A stretch of DNA of 64,000 nucleotides from contig CAVSUY010000027.1 in NCBI GenBank assembly GCA_963731035.1, forward strand, positions 265,803 through 329,802. The letters run 5' to 3'. The notes under the pieces are model-generated. The model was given only the letters and a program-made list of their open reading frames with translations. It ran no database searches and was not told the origin of the DNA. Numbering within the stretch: the stretch's first letter is position 1; every line of letters begins with the position of its first letter. Positions 19,528 through 29,455 of the stretch are shown here, piece by piece. Both the position numbers and the translations under genes were made by a program. The DNA is from an uncultured Gammaproteobacteria bacterium (GTDB lineage Bacteria; Pseudomonadota; Gammaproteobacteria; Arenicellales; JAANXG01).

Positions 19528-19599
19528 AGCGCATGGGAGACCGACGCATGTCCTGAAGATACCGCGACGGCCTCCGCCGGCGGCGCCGGGTTGCAGGCG

Positions 19600-20604
19600 T
19601 CAAACTACGAGGACAATCTTGCCGAAGTGCCCGGCGCCGGCCATGGCGTGAAACGCGGCGGGGGCGTTCTCGAAGGAGAAAGTACGGTGAATCACCGGCT
19701 TCAGCGCATGGAAGGCAATCGCCCGATTCATTTCCGCGAACATGCTTCGCGGGCCGACGTAGATTCCTTGAAGCCGAATGGATTTGCGCATGACCATCAC
19801 GGGATTGATCTGCCCGCCCGTAAGTACCCCAATGAGAACGATGGTGCCCGCCACCCGGGTCGCGGCGATGGAACGCTCGAGGGTACCGGCTCCGCCAACC
19901 TCGATCACCGCATCCACGCCGCGCCCTCCAGTCAGTGCCAGCACTTTCCCGTCCCAGTCGGGGCGGGCGGCATAGTTGACGGTCTCCCATGCGCCCAGTT
20001 CTCGCGCACGAGCCAGCTTCTCCTCGCTCGACGAGGTGATAATCGCGCGGACACCCAGCAACCGCGCGAACTGCAGCGCGAACACCGACACACCGCCGGT
20101 GCCGAGCAGAAGCACGGTATCTCCCGCCTTGACCCGCGCCACTTCAACCAGGGCCCGCCACGCCGTCAAAGCCGCGCATGGCAGCGTCGCGGCTTCCGCG
20201 AAGTCGAGATGTCCCGGAATTGGCACCACGCCCCGCGCCTTCAATACCACCTCCTCGGCCAGCACGCCGTCCAACGCGCCGCCCAGCGCGCTGGCCATCG
20301 CCGTCTGTGAGCACGGCCCGGCCTCCCAGTCCTGGAAGAAACAGCCGGCAACGCGGTCGCCCACCGCCACGCCCGCGACGCCCTGACCGACGGCGACGAT
20401 CTCGCCCGCCCCGTCCGAGTTGGGAACGCGTGGAAACGGCAAATTACGAGACGCCGGATCCCGCACGGTCGCGAGGTCGCGATAGTTGATGGACGACGCC
20501 CGCATCTTCACACGGACTTCTCCGGGCCCCGGGTCGCGGGCTTCGCGTTCCACACATTCCAGTGCATCGATGCCGTCGTTCGAATTGATCTGCCACACAC
20601 GCAT
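19600..20604 (-). CDS. zinc-type medium-chain alcohol dehydrogenase/quinone oxidoreductase (MDR family)
   Basis: Start at MRVWQINS (cat at 20602-20604). It has a GroES-like N-domain (DGAGEIVAVG) and a Rossmann LLLGTGGVS segment. Confidence 0.85.
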   Translation of the reverse strand: MRVWQINSNDGIDALECVEREARDPGPGEVRVKMRASSINYRDLATVRDPASRNLPFPRVPNSDGAGEIVAVGQGVAGVAVGDRVAGCFFQDWEAGPCSQTAMASALGGALDGVLAEEVVLKARGVVPIPGHLDFAEAATLPCAALTAWRALVEVARVKAGDTVLLLGTGGVSVFALQFARLLGVRAIITSSSEEKLARARELGAWETVNYAARPDWDGKVLALTGGRGVDAVIEVGGAGTLERSIAATRVAGTIVLIGVLTGGQINPVMVMRKSIRLQGIYVGPRSMFAEMNRAIAFHALKPVIHRTFSFENAPAAFHAMAGAGHFGKIVLVV

Positions 20605-20976
20605 TGTCCGGTCTCCTCGACTGCGCGAAGGTTCGGCGCCGCCCGCAGCGACGCATTGCAACGGCCCCTATTCTAATGCAGGCGCGACATGGCCGGGATG
20701 GAGGAACCGAAGATCGCGAGACCGGGTCAGCGCGCGTGCCGCCGTGCGGCTTCTTTCGCTGGATAGCCGCGCCGGCTGCGCCGCCTCGCAATGACCAACA
20801 GGGGCGGATGCGCCGGACAGTCGGCTGGTCATGGCAGGGAACGAAGCGACGAAGCAATCCGGTGATACTGCCAACTCGTCGCTTTTCCGGCGGCCGTCAT
20901 GCGGATCATAGCAGCCGGCATCGCGCCCACGATGGGCACGTAGTATCATCCCCACGATCCCCACTCCAATCCCCTG

Positions 20977-22191
20977 ATGCTTCATAAAGACGAACTGTCG
21001 GCGGCTCTCACCGGCATGGTGACCCTGGCCGTGGCTATGGGCATCGGACGCTTTGCCTTCACGCCCCTGCTGCCAATGATGCAGGATGATGTCGGCCTGT
21101 CGATCTCCGCCGGAGGGGGCCTGGCGGCGGCCAACTACGTGGGCTACTTCATCGGCGCCGTCAGCGCCCTCTGGCTGCGCTTTTCGCCGCCGGCCATGAT
21201 CGGTCTCGCACTTGCGGCGGTGTCCGTGTCCACCGCCGCCATGGGAGTGGTTCACGCTCCGCTTGCCTGGTTGGCGCTGCGCGCGGCAGCCGGCATCGCA
21301 AGCGCCTGGGCACTGGTGTTCGCATCGGCGTGGACCCTGCGACTGCTCGCGGTGCGCGACCGCCGGGGCCTCAACGGCGTACTGTTCGGGGGCGTCGGCC
21401 TCGGCATCGCGGTGACGGGTATCGCTTGCCTGGTGTTCCTGACGCCGCTGCACTGGTCCAGCGACCGGGCCTGGCTGGCGCTGGGCGGTCTCGCCTGCCT
21501 GGCGTCGGTACCCGCGTGGTATGTCTACCACCACCTGTTCCATCGCCTGGAAGCCACCGTCGCCCAGGCCACGGGGGAGCAAACGAATCCATCGACCACT
21601 TCCTCGCGGGCCTGGCTGCTGGTGATCTGCTATGGGGCTTTCGGCTTCGGCTATATCATTCCTGCCACCTTCCTCCCGGCCATGGCCCGCCATCTGGTAG
21701 CGGACCCCGCGGTGTTCGGCTGGGCGTGGCCCATCTTCGGTGCCGCGGCCCTGGCATCCACTCTGGCGGCGGGGCGTCTGGCCCGGCGCTTCTCCAGTAG
21801 GACGCTATGGATCGCCGGGCACCTGATCATGGCGGCGGGAGTGGCGGTTCCAATAGCGTGGCCCGGCATGACCGGCATCGTCGTTGCAGCGCTGTGTGTC
21901 GGCGGAACGTTCATGGTGGTGGCTATGACCGGCCTGCAACTCGCCCGTGAAGGCGCACCCCGAAACCCGCAGCGCTTGATGGCCGCCATGACCGCCTCGT
22001 TCGCTTTGGGCCAGATCCTCGGTCCCGCGCTCGTCAGCCTCGCCGGGAGAGACGGCTTGACCGGGTTGTCCGTTGCCGCAGCAGTCGTCCTGGTGCTCAG
22101 CGCCGCGGCACTGGGGCTGCGCACAAGCGGCACACCTGCGCGGAACGACGGCCTCGCCCCCTCTGGAGAGAACGGTCCCTTCCCTACGTAG
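20977..22191 (+). CDS. YbfB/YjiJ-family MFS transporter
   Basis: The N-terminal block AMGIGRFAFTPLLPMMQDD is characteristic of the family, and the protein has about 12 TM helices. Confidence 0.75.
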   Translation: MLHKDELSAALTGMVTLAVAMGIGRFAFTPLLPMMQDDVGLSISAGGGLAAANYVGYFIGAVSALWLRFSPPAMIGLALAAVSVSTAAMGVVHAPLAWLALRAAAGIASAWALVFASAWTLRLLAVRDRRGLNGVLFGGVGLGIAVTGIACLVFLTPLHWSSDRAWLALGGLACLASVPAWYVYHHLFHRLEATVAQATGEQTNPSTTSSRAWLLVICYGAFGFGYIIPATFLPAMARHLVADPAVFGWAWPIFGAAALASTLAAGRLARRFSSRTLWIAGHLIMAAGVAVPIAWPGMTGIVVAALCVGGTFMVVAMTGLQLAREGAPRNPQRLMAAMTASFALGQILGPALVSLAGRDGLTGLSVAAAVVLVLSAAALGLRTSGTPARNDGLAPSGENGPFPT

Positions 22192-22308
22192 GCAACTGCC
22201 GCGAGGGTCTTCGTTTGCGGAAGGTCCGGATCGAGCCCATCGGCGGTGCCCTGTCGTGCCAGGGCGAGACCGGCTTCGCGGCCGGACAGAGTGAAGCCGT
22301 AATCCAGC

Positions 22309-22851
22309 TCAGTAGGTCCCCTTCTTACCAACGCCTACGTAGGTGAACTCCCAGCTCACATCGAAGGGCGGCCACCACGCCGCGACCCCGGTTTCCTCGT
22401 CCGTATGCCGATAGAAGCCCTGGTAGGGGGGAGGCGTGACGTGATACGCGACGTGGTATTTGCCCGGTCCGTCAAGCTTGATATTCGCACCGTAGTGCGG
22501 GCCGTCACTCGCCACCATGGGCATGAAAGCACCGAAGGTCTGCCAGTCGGCGCCCAGCTTCTCGATGCGATAGGTGATGCCGAGGTAAGGCACCCACGAT
22601 CCCGGTGGGAAACCGTTAGGGTTCTTTGCCAGAGCATGGATGTCGGCTTCGAGATGGATGTCCGCCGCACTGCCGTCCATCCCCGCCAGCGCCGGCTTCA
22701 TGACTACCGGCTGCAGGTACACGGCGCCCACCTCCATGTAATTCTTCTCGAACGCGGCGCCCAGGGGATACTCGGCCGCGTTCACCGCGCCCACCGAGAG
22801 CAGCACGGCGGCGCCGATGCACGATGAAAGGATCCTGCTCTTGTGACTCAT
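22309..22851 (-). CDS. P19/FtrA-type periplasmic iron(copper)-binding iron-uptake protein
   Basis: This is the last 180 aa of the 696-aa ORF, starting at MSHKSRILSSCIGAAVLLSVGAVNA (signal peptide; cat at 22849-22851). The blocks HLEADIHA, PHYGANIKL and YHVAYHV resemble Campylobacter P19 and Bordetella FtrA. Confidence 0.8.
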   Translation of the reverse strand: MSHKSRILSSCIGAAVLLSVGAVNAAEYPLGAAFEKNYMEVGAVYLQPVVMKPALAGMDGSAADIHLEADIHALAKNPNGFPPGSWVPYLGITYRIEKLGADWQTFGAFMPMVASDGPHYGANIKLDGPGKYHVAYHVTPPPYQGFYRHTDEETGVAAWWPPFDVSWEFTYVGVGKKGTY

Positions 22852-22958
22852 GGTTGGCTCTCCTGCTTTGAGGTAAGAATGAATGAGACGCATTCGCGGT
22901 TTATGACTAAAAAAAGAGACCCCCAACCCGTTCCGCGTCGCGGCTGTCTTGTCTGCCC

Positions 22959-24374
22959 TCAGACGCCGAACATCACCGGCCACCAGGCCGCCGCCACGGC
23001 CAGGGTACCGGCGGCACCCGGCACGAGGGCCGGCCATCGACGAGTACCGCTCAGACCCTGGCGAGCCAGAATACGATTGCCCAGGTGCAGACTCCACAAC
23101 AGACTGCCGGCAAGCAGCGATATCTTGATAACGGCGGACAACTCGGGTTGAAGCCGTGCCAGACCGGCAAACAGCTCGGAGGCCAGACCCAGGATTAGTG
23201 ACACCATGGCCACCGGCGCGTATTGATAACCGAGCTCGACGAATCTTTGGCGAAACTCGCCCGAAGCCCCCAGCCGGCCGGCGGCCGCGGCGGCCAGGAC
23301 CGTGGTCAGAGACAGCACGGCTGCCATCACCAGCATCCAGCCGCTCATGTAACCGATGATCATGGAGAAATCGAGCCAGTTGAATACCTCGCGCTGCGCG
23401 GGGTGCACGCTCATCAGCCACCAGGGTCCGGGCTGGCCGATCCAATAGGCGCCCTGGTCTATCGCCCACTCGCCGACCGCCTGCCGCCACGCCTGGTACG
23501 AAGGCAGCACCAGCCACAGGAACCCCCCCAGAGACACCCCGGTTCCCAGGAACAGAAATGCCACTTCGGCAGCGTTGGGATGGTGCTCGCGAATGGCTTC
23601 TATCTCCTCGCCGGGGTGCCGCAGGCGCACCATGAGACCCCCTTTGCGGTCCGGGTGCACGCAGCGGAAACACTCGATGCAATGGCGCGATTCCTCTTTG
23701 CGCGGGATATCGATCATGGTCGGGCACATACCCTTGGTGGTATAGGCGTCGCCCCCCGGCTTCTTGTGCTTGGGTGTAAACTGCACTATCCCGAGGCGCG
23801 AAAAGACTCCCAGCAGTAAACCGATGGGACAGGCATGGCGGCACCACGCGCGCTTGCTGCGGCCATAGAGGAACCCGATCACCAGCGCTGCCACCAGGGT
23901 GCCTCCGAACACTTCCAGCAACGCGTCCGGATAGTCCCGCACACCGACGGTCTGCCCGAGAATGGTGATCAACACGAAGCTGACTACCGGCGTACCTTCC
24001 CAGCGCAGCCACCCGGGTACGGGCCGCTTCAGACCCATGCGATTCACCCACTCGGAGGCCGCCCCCATCGGGCAAAGTACACCGCACCAGCTGCGTCCGC
24101 TGAACAGTACCGAGACGAACACGAGAGGGAACCAGATACCCCAGATCAACCAGTTGCCCAGATCCCCCAGTTCGGACGTGAGCGTGTCCTCCGGCAGCAA
24201 GACCGGCCCGACCAGCAGCACCAGAAACAACACGAACATCCCCGCGTGGAGCCACGGCAACCATGGCCGAAGCCGTACCCCCGCACGCTCGACCCAGGCG
24301 GCCCGTCCCCGCGCGGACACGGGCGACACCGGTTCCACCGTCACCGGAATGGGCAATCTCGGTATGCTGCTCAT
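22959..24374 (-). CDS. membrane polyferredoxin (NapH/MauN/FtrD-like 4Fe-4S binding protein)
   Basis: 471 aa, polytopic. Cys clusters: WCGVLCPMG, WCRHACPIG and HCIECFRCVHPD. Confidence 0.75.
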   Translation of the reverse strand: MSSIPRLPIPVTVEPVSPVSARGRAAWVERAGVRLRPWLPWLHAGMFVLFLVLLVGPVLLPEDTLTSELGDLGNWLIWGIWFPLVFVSVLFSGRSWCGVLCPMGAASEWVNRMGLKRPVPGWLRWEGTPVVSFVLITILGQTVGVRDYPDALLEVFGGTLVAALVIGFLYGRSKRAWCRHACPIGLLLGVFSRLGIVQFTPKHKKPGGDAYTTKGMCPTMIDIPRKEESRHCIECFRCVHPDRKGGLMVRLRHPGEEIEAIREHHPNAAEVAFLFLGTGVSLGGFLWLVLPSYQAWRQAVGEWAIDQGAYWIGQPGPWWLMSVHPAQREVFNWLDFSMIIGYMSGWMLVMAAVLSLTTVLAAAAAGRLGASGEFRQRFVELGYQYAPVAMVSLILGLASELFAGLARLQPELSAVIKISLLAGSLLWSLHLGNRILARQGLSGTRRWPALVPGAAGTLAVAAAWWPVMFGV

Positions 24375-24458
24375 TCTTCCCCCGAAGATGATCTGTCACG
24401 AATGCGCCGGGTGGTCAGTGCGCCCGAAGGTCCCGGCTCGATTTGTTGGATATTAAAC

Positions 24459-24477
24459 GCGAATGATTCGCATTGTC
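24459..24477. promoter_or_regulatory. candidate Fur box upstream of the polyferredoxin-P19 operon
   Basis: gcgaatgattcgcattgtc matches the 19-bp Fur consensus GATAATGATAATCATTATC at 13 of 19 positions. It lies about 85 bp upstream of the start at 24374. Confidence 0.35.
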
Positions 24478-24583
24478 AATTCTTGATCCAAAATACTCCT
24501 CGATAGATGCATGCGAAGGACGTGCATTGATCTCCACCGGGGTACACTAGAATAGAAAGCGACACACATCGAGGCGACGAGCC

Positions 24584-24937
24584 ATGCCCGCCCACAATGA
24601 CACGCTGAACCAGGTGGTGGCTGCTGCCCGGCATGAGCGGGAGCGCCGGGAACAGGGTTACCGCGAACGAGCCCTCAAGATGTACCCCTGGGTGTGCGGC
24701 CGCTGTGCGCGGGAGTTCACCCGCCGCAACCTACACGAGCTCACCGTTCATCATCGCGACCACGACCACGACAATAACCCCGAGGATGGCAGTAACTGGG
24801 AGCTGCTTTGCATCTACTGCCACGACAACGAGCACGCGCGCTACGTCGATAGCCAAGGCGGCGGCGCCGGCGAGGCGCAATCCGCCGCAGCGACTCACCG
24901 TCCTTTCGCGGATCTTTCGGATCTTTTGAAGAAGTAG
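24584..24937 (+). CDS. yajD: YajD-family HNH nuclease
   Basis: 117 aa with CGRC ... HHRDHDHDNN ... CIYCHDNEH, the HNH/zinc-finger pattern of YajD. Confidence 0.85.
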   Translation: MPAHNDTLNQVVAAARHERERREQGYRERALKMYPWVCGRCAREFTRRNLHELTVHHRDHDHDNNPEDGSNWELLCIYCHDNEHARYVDSQGGGAGEAQSAAATHRPFADLSDLLKK

Positions 24938-25081
24938 TCCGGAAACCGGGGCGCACAGCGGGATCCTACCGGACCAGGCGAAGCTTTCGCGATCTGTCGA
25001 GCAACCCCATTTTCTTCTTCGTAGCAGCTTCGGGCGCGCGGGAACACCGCGAGCCTGTCATCCGGCAACGGCCGTCCGGGA

Positions 25082-25873
25082 TCAGCGGCCCTTCCAAACC
25101 GGTGGGCGCTTCTCCGCGAAAGCGCGGGCCCCCTCCAGCTGATCCTCGCTGGAATACAGCTTCTCCACCGTTGGAAACCCGCGCCGCATGATTTGCGCAA
25201 TGGCCTCCTGGAACGGCATGTTTTCGGTCTCTCTGGCGACTTCCTTGATCGCGGCGAACACCAATGGCGGGCCTTCGCCCAGCACAGCGGCCATCTCGTG
25301 CGCACGCGTCATGAGCCGCTCGCGCGGCAGAACCTCGTTGACCAGCCCCCACCTCAGGGCCTCGTCCACTTCCATCCAGCGGCCGGTGTAGAGCATGTCC
25401 ATGGCCACGTGATACGGGATCCGGCGCGGCAGCTTGACGGTAGCGGCGTCCGCCAGGGTGCCGGCCCTTATCTCAGGCAGCGAGAAGCGCGCGTTCTCGG
25501 ATGCGAGGATCAGGTCGCAGGACAACGCCAGCTCGAAGCCGCCGCCGACCGCAAGACCGTTGACCGCCGCGATCACCGGCTTGTCGAGGTCGGGCAGCTG
25601 CTGCAAGCCTCCGAATCCGCCGACCCCGTAATCGGTGTCCGGCGCCTCGCCGGCGGCAGCGCCTTTCAGGTCCCAGCCGGCGCTGAAGAACTTGTCACCG
25701 CCGCCGGTTACGATGGCGACCCGTAGATCCGGATCGTCCCTGAAGCGGGCAAACGTGTCTCCCATCAGTCGACTGGTCTCGCCGCTGATGGCGTTGGCTT
25801 TGGGCCGGTCCAGCACGACTTCGAGAACGGTCCCGTGGCGCGTGACGCGCAGTGGTGATTCGGTCATAAGCAT
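25082..25873 (-). CDS. crotonase-fold enoyl-CoA hydratase, CaiD (carnitinyl-CoA dehydratase)-like
   Basis: FSAGWDLK and AAVNGLAVGGGFELALSCD oxyanion-hole blocks are present, with overall similarity to CaiD. The start is ATG at 25873 or 25867. Confidence 0.85.
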   Translation of the reverse strand: MLMTESPLRVTRHGTVLEVVLDRPKANAISGETSRLMGDTFARFRDDPDLRVAIVTGGGDKFFSAGWDLKGAAAGEAPDTDYGVGGFGGLQQLPDLDKPVIAAVNGLAVGGGFELALSCDLILASENARFSLPEIRAGTLADAATVKLPRRIPYHVAMDMLYTGRWMEVDEALRWGLVNEVLPRERLMTRAHEMAAVLGEGPPLVFAAIKEVARETENMPFQEAIAQIMRRGFPTVEKLYSSEDQLEGARAFAEKRPPVWKGR

Positions 25874-26110
25874 GTACCCAGTGTTTGGTTTCTACAGAAT
25901 CGGTTCCTGAAGCCGATCCGCCCCACGTCCTGACCTCCACGGAAGGAGGAAATGCCGGGATTGCCTGGAGCAATCCCAGTGCACATCGCTGCAGGTCGGC
26001 GGCTCCGCCTCCCCGGATATCGGGATTCTATCGCGACGAGTGCTTGTAGCCTTCCCCCCGCCGCTGTCAGTATGAATACCGATCCACCGAGGGGGCGCGT
26101 CCCCGGTCGA

Positions 26111-28204
26111 TTAGTCGACATGGAGCCGGATCAACGCGTCGACAGCCACTACGCCCTGCCCTTCGGGAAGCACCAGCAGCGGGTTCACGTCCAGCTCATG
26201 CAGGAGATCCTCGTTGGCCCGCGCATAGCGAACCACCGCGTCCACGGCCTCGAGCATCGCGTGGATGTCGCCCGCCGGCCGCTTGCGGTAACCCCCGAGC
26301 AGCGGGAACACTTTGAGGGATTCCAGCGCCGTGCTCACCTGTTCGCGGGTAGCTGGTAGCAGGACTGTGGCTGCGTCCTGAACCAGCTCAACCAGGACGC
26401 CGCCCGCACCGAGCGTCAACGCAAGACCGAACTGGGGGTCGCGGTGCACGCCGACGATGAACTCCGCCACCGGAGCCGGCGCCATGCGCTCCACCAGGAA
26501 GTGGTCCGACAAGCCGCGCATCGACTCGACAGCCGCCCGGACTTCACCGGCATTGCGCAGGTTCAAGGCTACACCTCCCGCCTCGGTCTTGTGGGCCAGC
26601 GTGTGCGAGAGGGCCTTGACCGCCACCGGCCAGCCGACACCCACCGCGGCTTCCGGCGCTCCATCGGCATGGGTCACCACGCCCTGCGGCACCGTCAAGC
26701 CGAATTCGGCCAGCGCACGCTTGCTCTCCCATTCGTCCAGCGTCCGCGCGGCTCCGTGCCGCGGCGCACCGGGCGCCGACAGCGGCACGGCTTGCTCCAC
26801 ACGCGCCTGGGCCGCACCAACCCGCGCGGCGGACTCGATGGCGTCAAGGCAATCCGGGATCCCCTGCATGGGTGCGATGCCTTGCGCGAGCAACCTCTCG
26901 CCGACTGCCTCTGACAATCCTTCGGGCATCGACGCAACCACCGAGGCGCGGGCCTGATCACCGCTGGCCTGCCGCGCGGCGACGAACGCATCGAGCGTCG
27001 TGTTCCAGTCCGGCGTCGTGCACCGGTCTTCGCGTGGGAAGTCGAGCACCAGCAGGTGGGCATCGAAGCGGCACTCCATGACTCCGGTGAAGCACTCGGT
27101 CTGGGCGGCCAGGTCGCCCCAGATGTAGGTGTGGTAGTCGAGTGGATTGGCGATACTGACCCGATCACCCAGCACCCGGTGTAGTCGGGCCCGAGCCGGT
27201 TCCGGGATCTTCGGCAACTCCAGGCCCCGCGGCTGCGCGAGGTCCGCGACCAGCGTCGCTTCGCCGCCGGAACAGCTCGCGGATATCAGCCGCCTGCCGG
27301 GGAGCCCTCCGTGCACGGCCACGAACTTGAGGGTTTCCAGCAGGCTGGCAGGATCGTGCACGCGGGCAACCCCGAAACGTCGAAACAGCGCGTCATACAG
27401 GACGTCCGACCCGGCCAGCGAGCTGGTGTGGCTGACCGTGGTCTCGGCCCCCAGCTCGGAGCTGCCGGCCTTGAGCACCACCAGCGGAACGCGCCGCCGC
27501 AGGGCCTTGATCGCGCTCCTCGAGAACGCGGCGACGTCATCCAGACCTTCAAGGTGCAGGCCGATGGCACTGACCCGGGGGTCGTCCAGCAATGCGTCCA
27601 CAAGATCGTGAACGTTGATGCCTGCCTTGTTGCCAACCGTGAGCAGGTAGGCGAACGGAAGCGAGCGGCGCTGCATGGTGAGGTTCAAACCCATGTTGCC
27701 GCTCTGGGTGATGACGGCGACACCGCTCGCCACGTGTTTGCCGCCATGCTGGTCCGGCCACAGCGCCGCGCCGTCGAGGTAATTCAATACGCCGTAGCAG
27801 TTGGGTCCGATGATTGCCATGTCACCGGCCGCTTCCATCAGCCGCCGTTGCAGCTCGATGCCCTCGCCGCCCACCTCGGCGAAACCCGAGCTGAAGCACA
27901 CCACGCCGCCCGCGCCGCGCCGTGCGAGCGCGGCCACGGTTTCCGGCACCGTCTCGCGCGGGATCGCGATGAAACTGGCGTCGGGCGCGTCCGGCAGGCC
28001 GGCAACATCACGGTAGCACGGCAGCCCTTCCACGGTGTCATGGCGCGGATGCACCGGCCAGATCGCGCCCTGAAAACCGATGCGCCGGGACTGTCGTACC
28101 ACCTCGGCCGCCCACTTGCCACCGAACACGGCGATATGACGCGGGGCGAGCAGGCGCCGCAGGTTCAGCGCCCGGCTCTGCGCCGTAGATGAGGAGTTGC
28201 CCAC
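26111..28204 (-). CDS. ADP-forming acyl-CoA synthetase (CoA-binding, SCS-like and ATP-grasp domains)
   Basis: IAVFGG and IIGPNCYG CoA-binding and ligase blocks are followed by a C-terminal ATP-grasp domain. The start is placed at the GTG at 28202-28204, behind a GGGAG Shine-Dalgarno and 16 nt after the ACAD stop. Confidence 0.8.
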   Translation of the reverse strand: MGNSSSTAQSRALNLRRLLAPRHIAVFGGKWAAEVVRQSRRIGFQGAIWPVHPRHDTVEGLPCYRDVAGLPDAPDASFIAIPRETVPETVAALARRGAGGVVCFSSGFAEVGGEGIELQRRLMEAAGDMAIIGPNCYGVLNYLDGAALWPDQHGGKHVASGVAVITQSGNMGLNLTMQRRSLPFAYLLTVGNKAGINVHDLVDALLDDPRVSAIGLHLEGLDDVAAFSRSAIKALRRRVPLVVLKAGSSELGAETTVSHTSSLAGSDVLYDALFRRFGVARVHDPASLLETLKFVAVHGGLPGRRLISASCSGGEATLVADLAQPRGLELPKIPEPARARLHRVLGDRVSIANPLDYHTYIWGDLAAQTECFTGVMECRFDAHLLVLDFPREDRCTTPDWNTTLDAFVAARQASGDQARASVVASMPEGLSEAVGERLLAQGIAPMQGIPDCLDAIESAARVGAAQARVEQAVPLSAPGAPRHGAARTLDEWESKRALAEFGLTVPQGVVTHADGAPEAAVGVGWPVAVKALSHTLAHKTEAGGVALNLRNAGEVRAAVESMRGLSDHFLVERMAPAPVAEFIVGVHRDPQFGLALTLGAGGVLVELVQDAATVLLPATREQVSTALESLKVFPLLGGYRKRPAGDIHAMLEAVDAVVRYARANEDLLHELDVNPLLVLPEGQGVVAVDALIRLHVD

Positions 28205-28220
28205 TACACTCCCGCGGCAG

Positions 28221-29381
28221 TCAGGCGCCGTGGGGGCGCAGCAGGCCCCGGGAGATGATGTGGCGCTGGATCTCGCTGGTGCCGTCCCAGATGCGCTCGA
28301 CCCGCGCGTCGCGCCAGAAGCGCTCAATAGGCAGCTGGGACATCAGCCCCATGCCGCCGAAGATCTGCAGCGCCTGGTCGGTCACCCGCGCCAGCATCTC
28401 CGAGGCGGCCAGCTTCGCCATGGCCGCGTCGATATCGGTCATCCGGTTCTCGTCCAGCTTCCACGCCGCCCGTAGGGTTAGCAGCTCCGCCGCCTCGATG
28501 TCCATGGCCATGTCGGCAAGCTTGAAGCCGGTGCCCTGGAACCGTCCGATGGGCCGGCCGAACTGCTGACGAGTGGCGGCCCAGTCCACCGCCATGTCGA
28601 ATACCCGGTGGGCGCGCCCGACGCTGGTGGCGGCCACCGTGAGCCGGGAGGCGCCCAGCCACTCGTTCATGAGCTCGAAGCCCTTGCCCGCCTCGCCCAG
28701 ACGGTTGGCAACCGGCACCCGGCAATCCGTGAAATACAGCTCGCACTGGTGGTACCCGCGATGCGACACACAGGGCGAGCCGCGCCGCACCTCGAGACCC
28801 GGGGTGTCCTTGTCGACCAGCAGGGCGGTGATCAGTTTCTTCTCACCGTGCTTGGTTTCCTCCACTCCGGTAGCGGCGAACAGAATGATGAAGTCCGCCA
28901 TGTCGGCGTGGCTGATGAAGTGCTTGTTGCCGTTGATGACGTAGTCGTCGCCATCGCGCACGGCGCGGGTGCGCATCGAGCGAACGTCCGAGCCGGCGTT
29001 GGGCTCGGTCATCGCCAGGCAATCGTGGCGCTCGCCACGGATGGCGGGCAGCAGATAGCGCTCGACCTGGTCACCCTGGCATGCCTTCAGGATATTGCTG
29101 GGCCGCGCCACCAGCATCTGCAATCCATAGGAGGCGCGACCCAGCTCACGCTCCAGGAGCGTGGCGGAGAAATTGTCCAGGCCGCCGCCTCCCAGTTCCT
29201 CCGGCATGTTCGCAGCGTAAAGACCGGCTTCGATCGCCTTGGCCTGGATCGATCGCGCCAGCTCGAGAGGCACTTCGTCCAGCCGCTCCACCTCGTCCTC
29301 GTGCGGATACAGCTCCGTGTCCACGAAATGGCGCACGGCATCGACGATCATCTGCTGCTCAGTGGTCAGTTCGAAGTTCAT
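28221..29381 (-). CDS. acyl-CoA dehydrogenase
   Basis: 386 aa with canonical ACAD N, M and C domains (CLAMTEPNAGSD, QIFGGMG, ERIWDGTSEIQ). Confidence 0.9.
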   Translation of the reverse strand: MNFELTTEQQMIVDAVRHFVDTELYPHEDEVERLDEVPLELARSIQAKAIEAGLYAANMPEELGGGGLDNFSATLLERELGRASYGLQMLVARPSNILKACQGDQVERYLLPAIRGERHDCLAMTEPNAGSDVRSMRTRAVRDGDDYVINGNKHFISHADMADFIILFAATGVEETKHGEKKLITALLVDKDTPGLEVRRGSPCVSHRGYHQCELYFTDCRVPVANRLGEAGKGFELMNEWLGASRLTVAATSVGRAHRVFDMAVDWAATRQQFGRPIGRFQGTGFKLADMAMDIEAAELLTLRAAWKLDENRMTDIDAAMAKLAASEMLARVTDQALQIFGGMGLMSQLPIERFWRDARVERIWDGTSEIQRHIISRGLLRPHGA

Positions 29382-29455
29382 ATGGCCGTCTCTGTTTGAT
29401 ACCTCGTTGATGAAGCCCTGCCGTTGTCACACGAATGGCGGGTTAGAATCCCGAC

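Noticed and set aside
22852-24399. Upstream 516 aa of the 696-aa ORF 22309..24399
   Set aside because: Only the last 180 aa (from the Met at 22851) form the P19 protein with its own signal peptide. The rest is an open alternate frame across the polyferredoxin gene.
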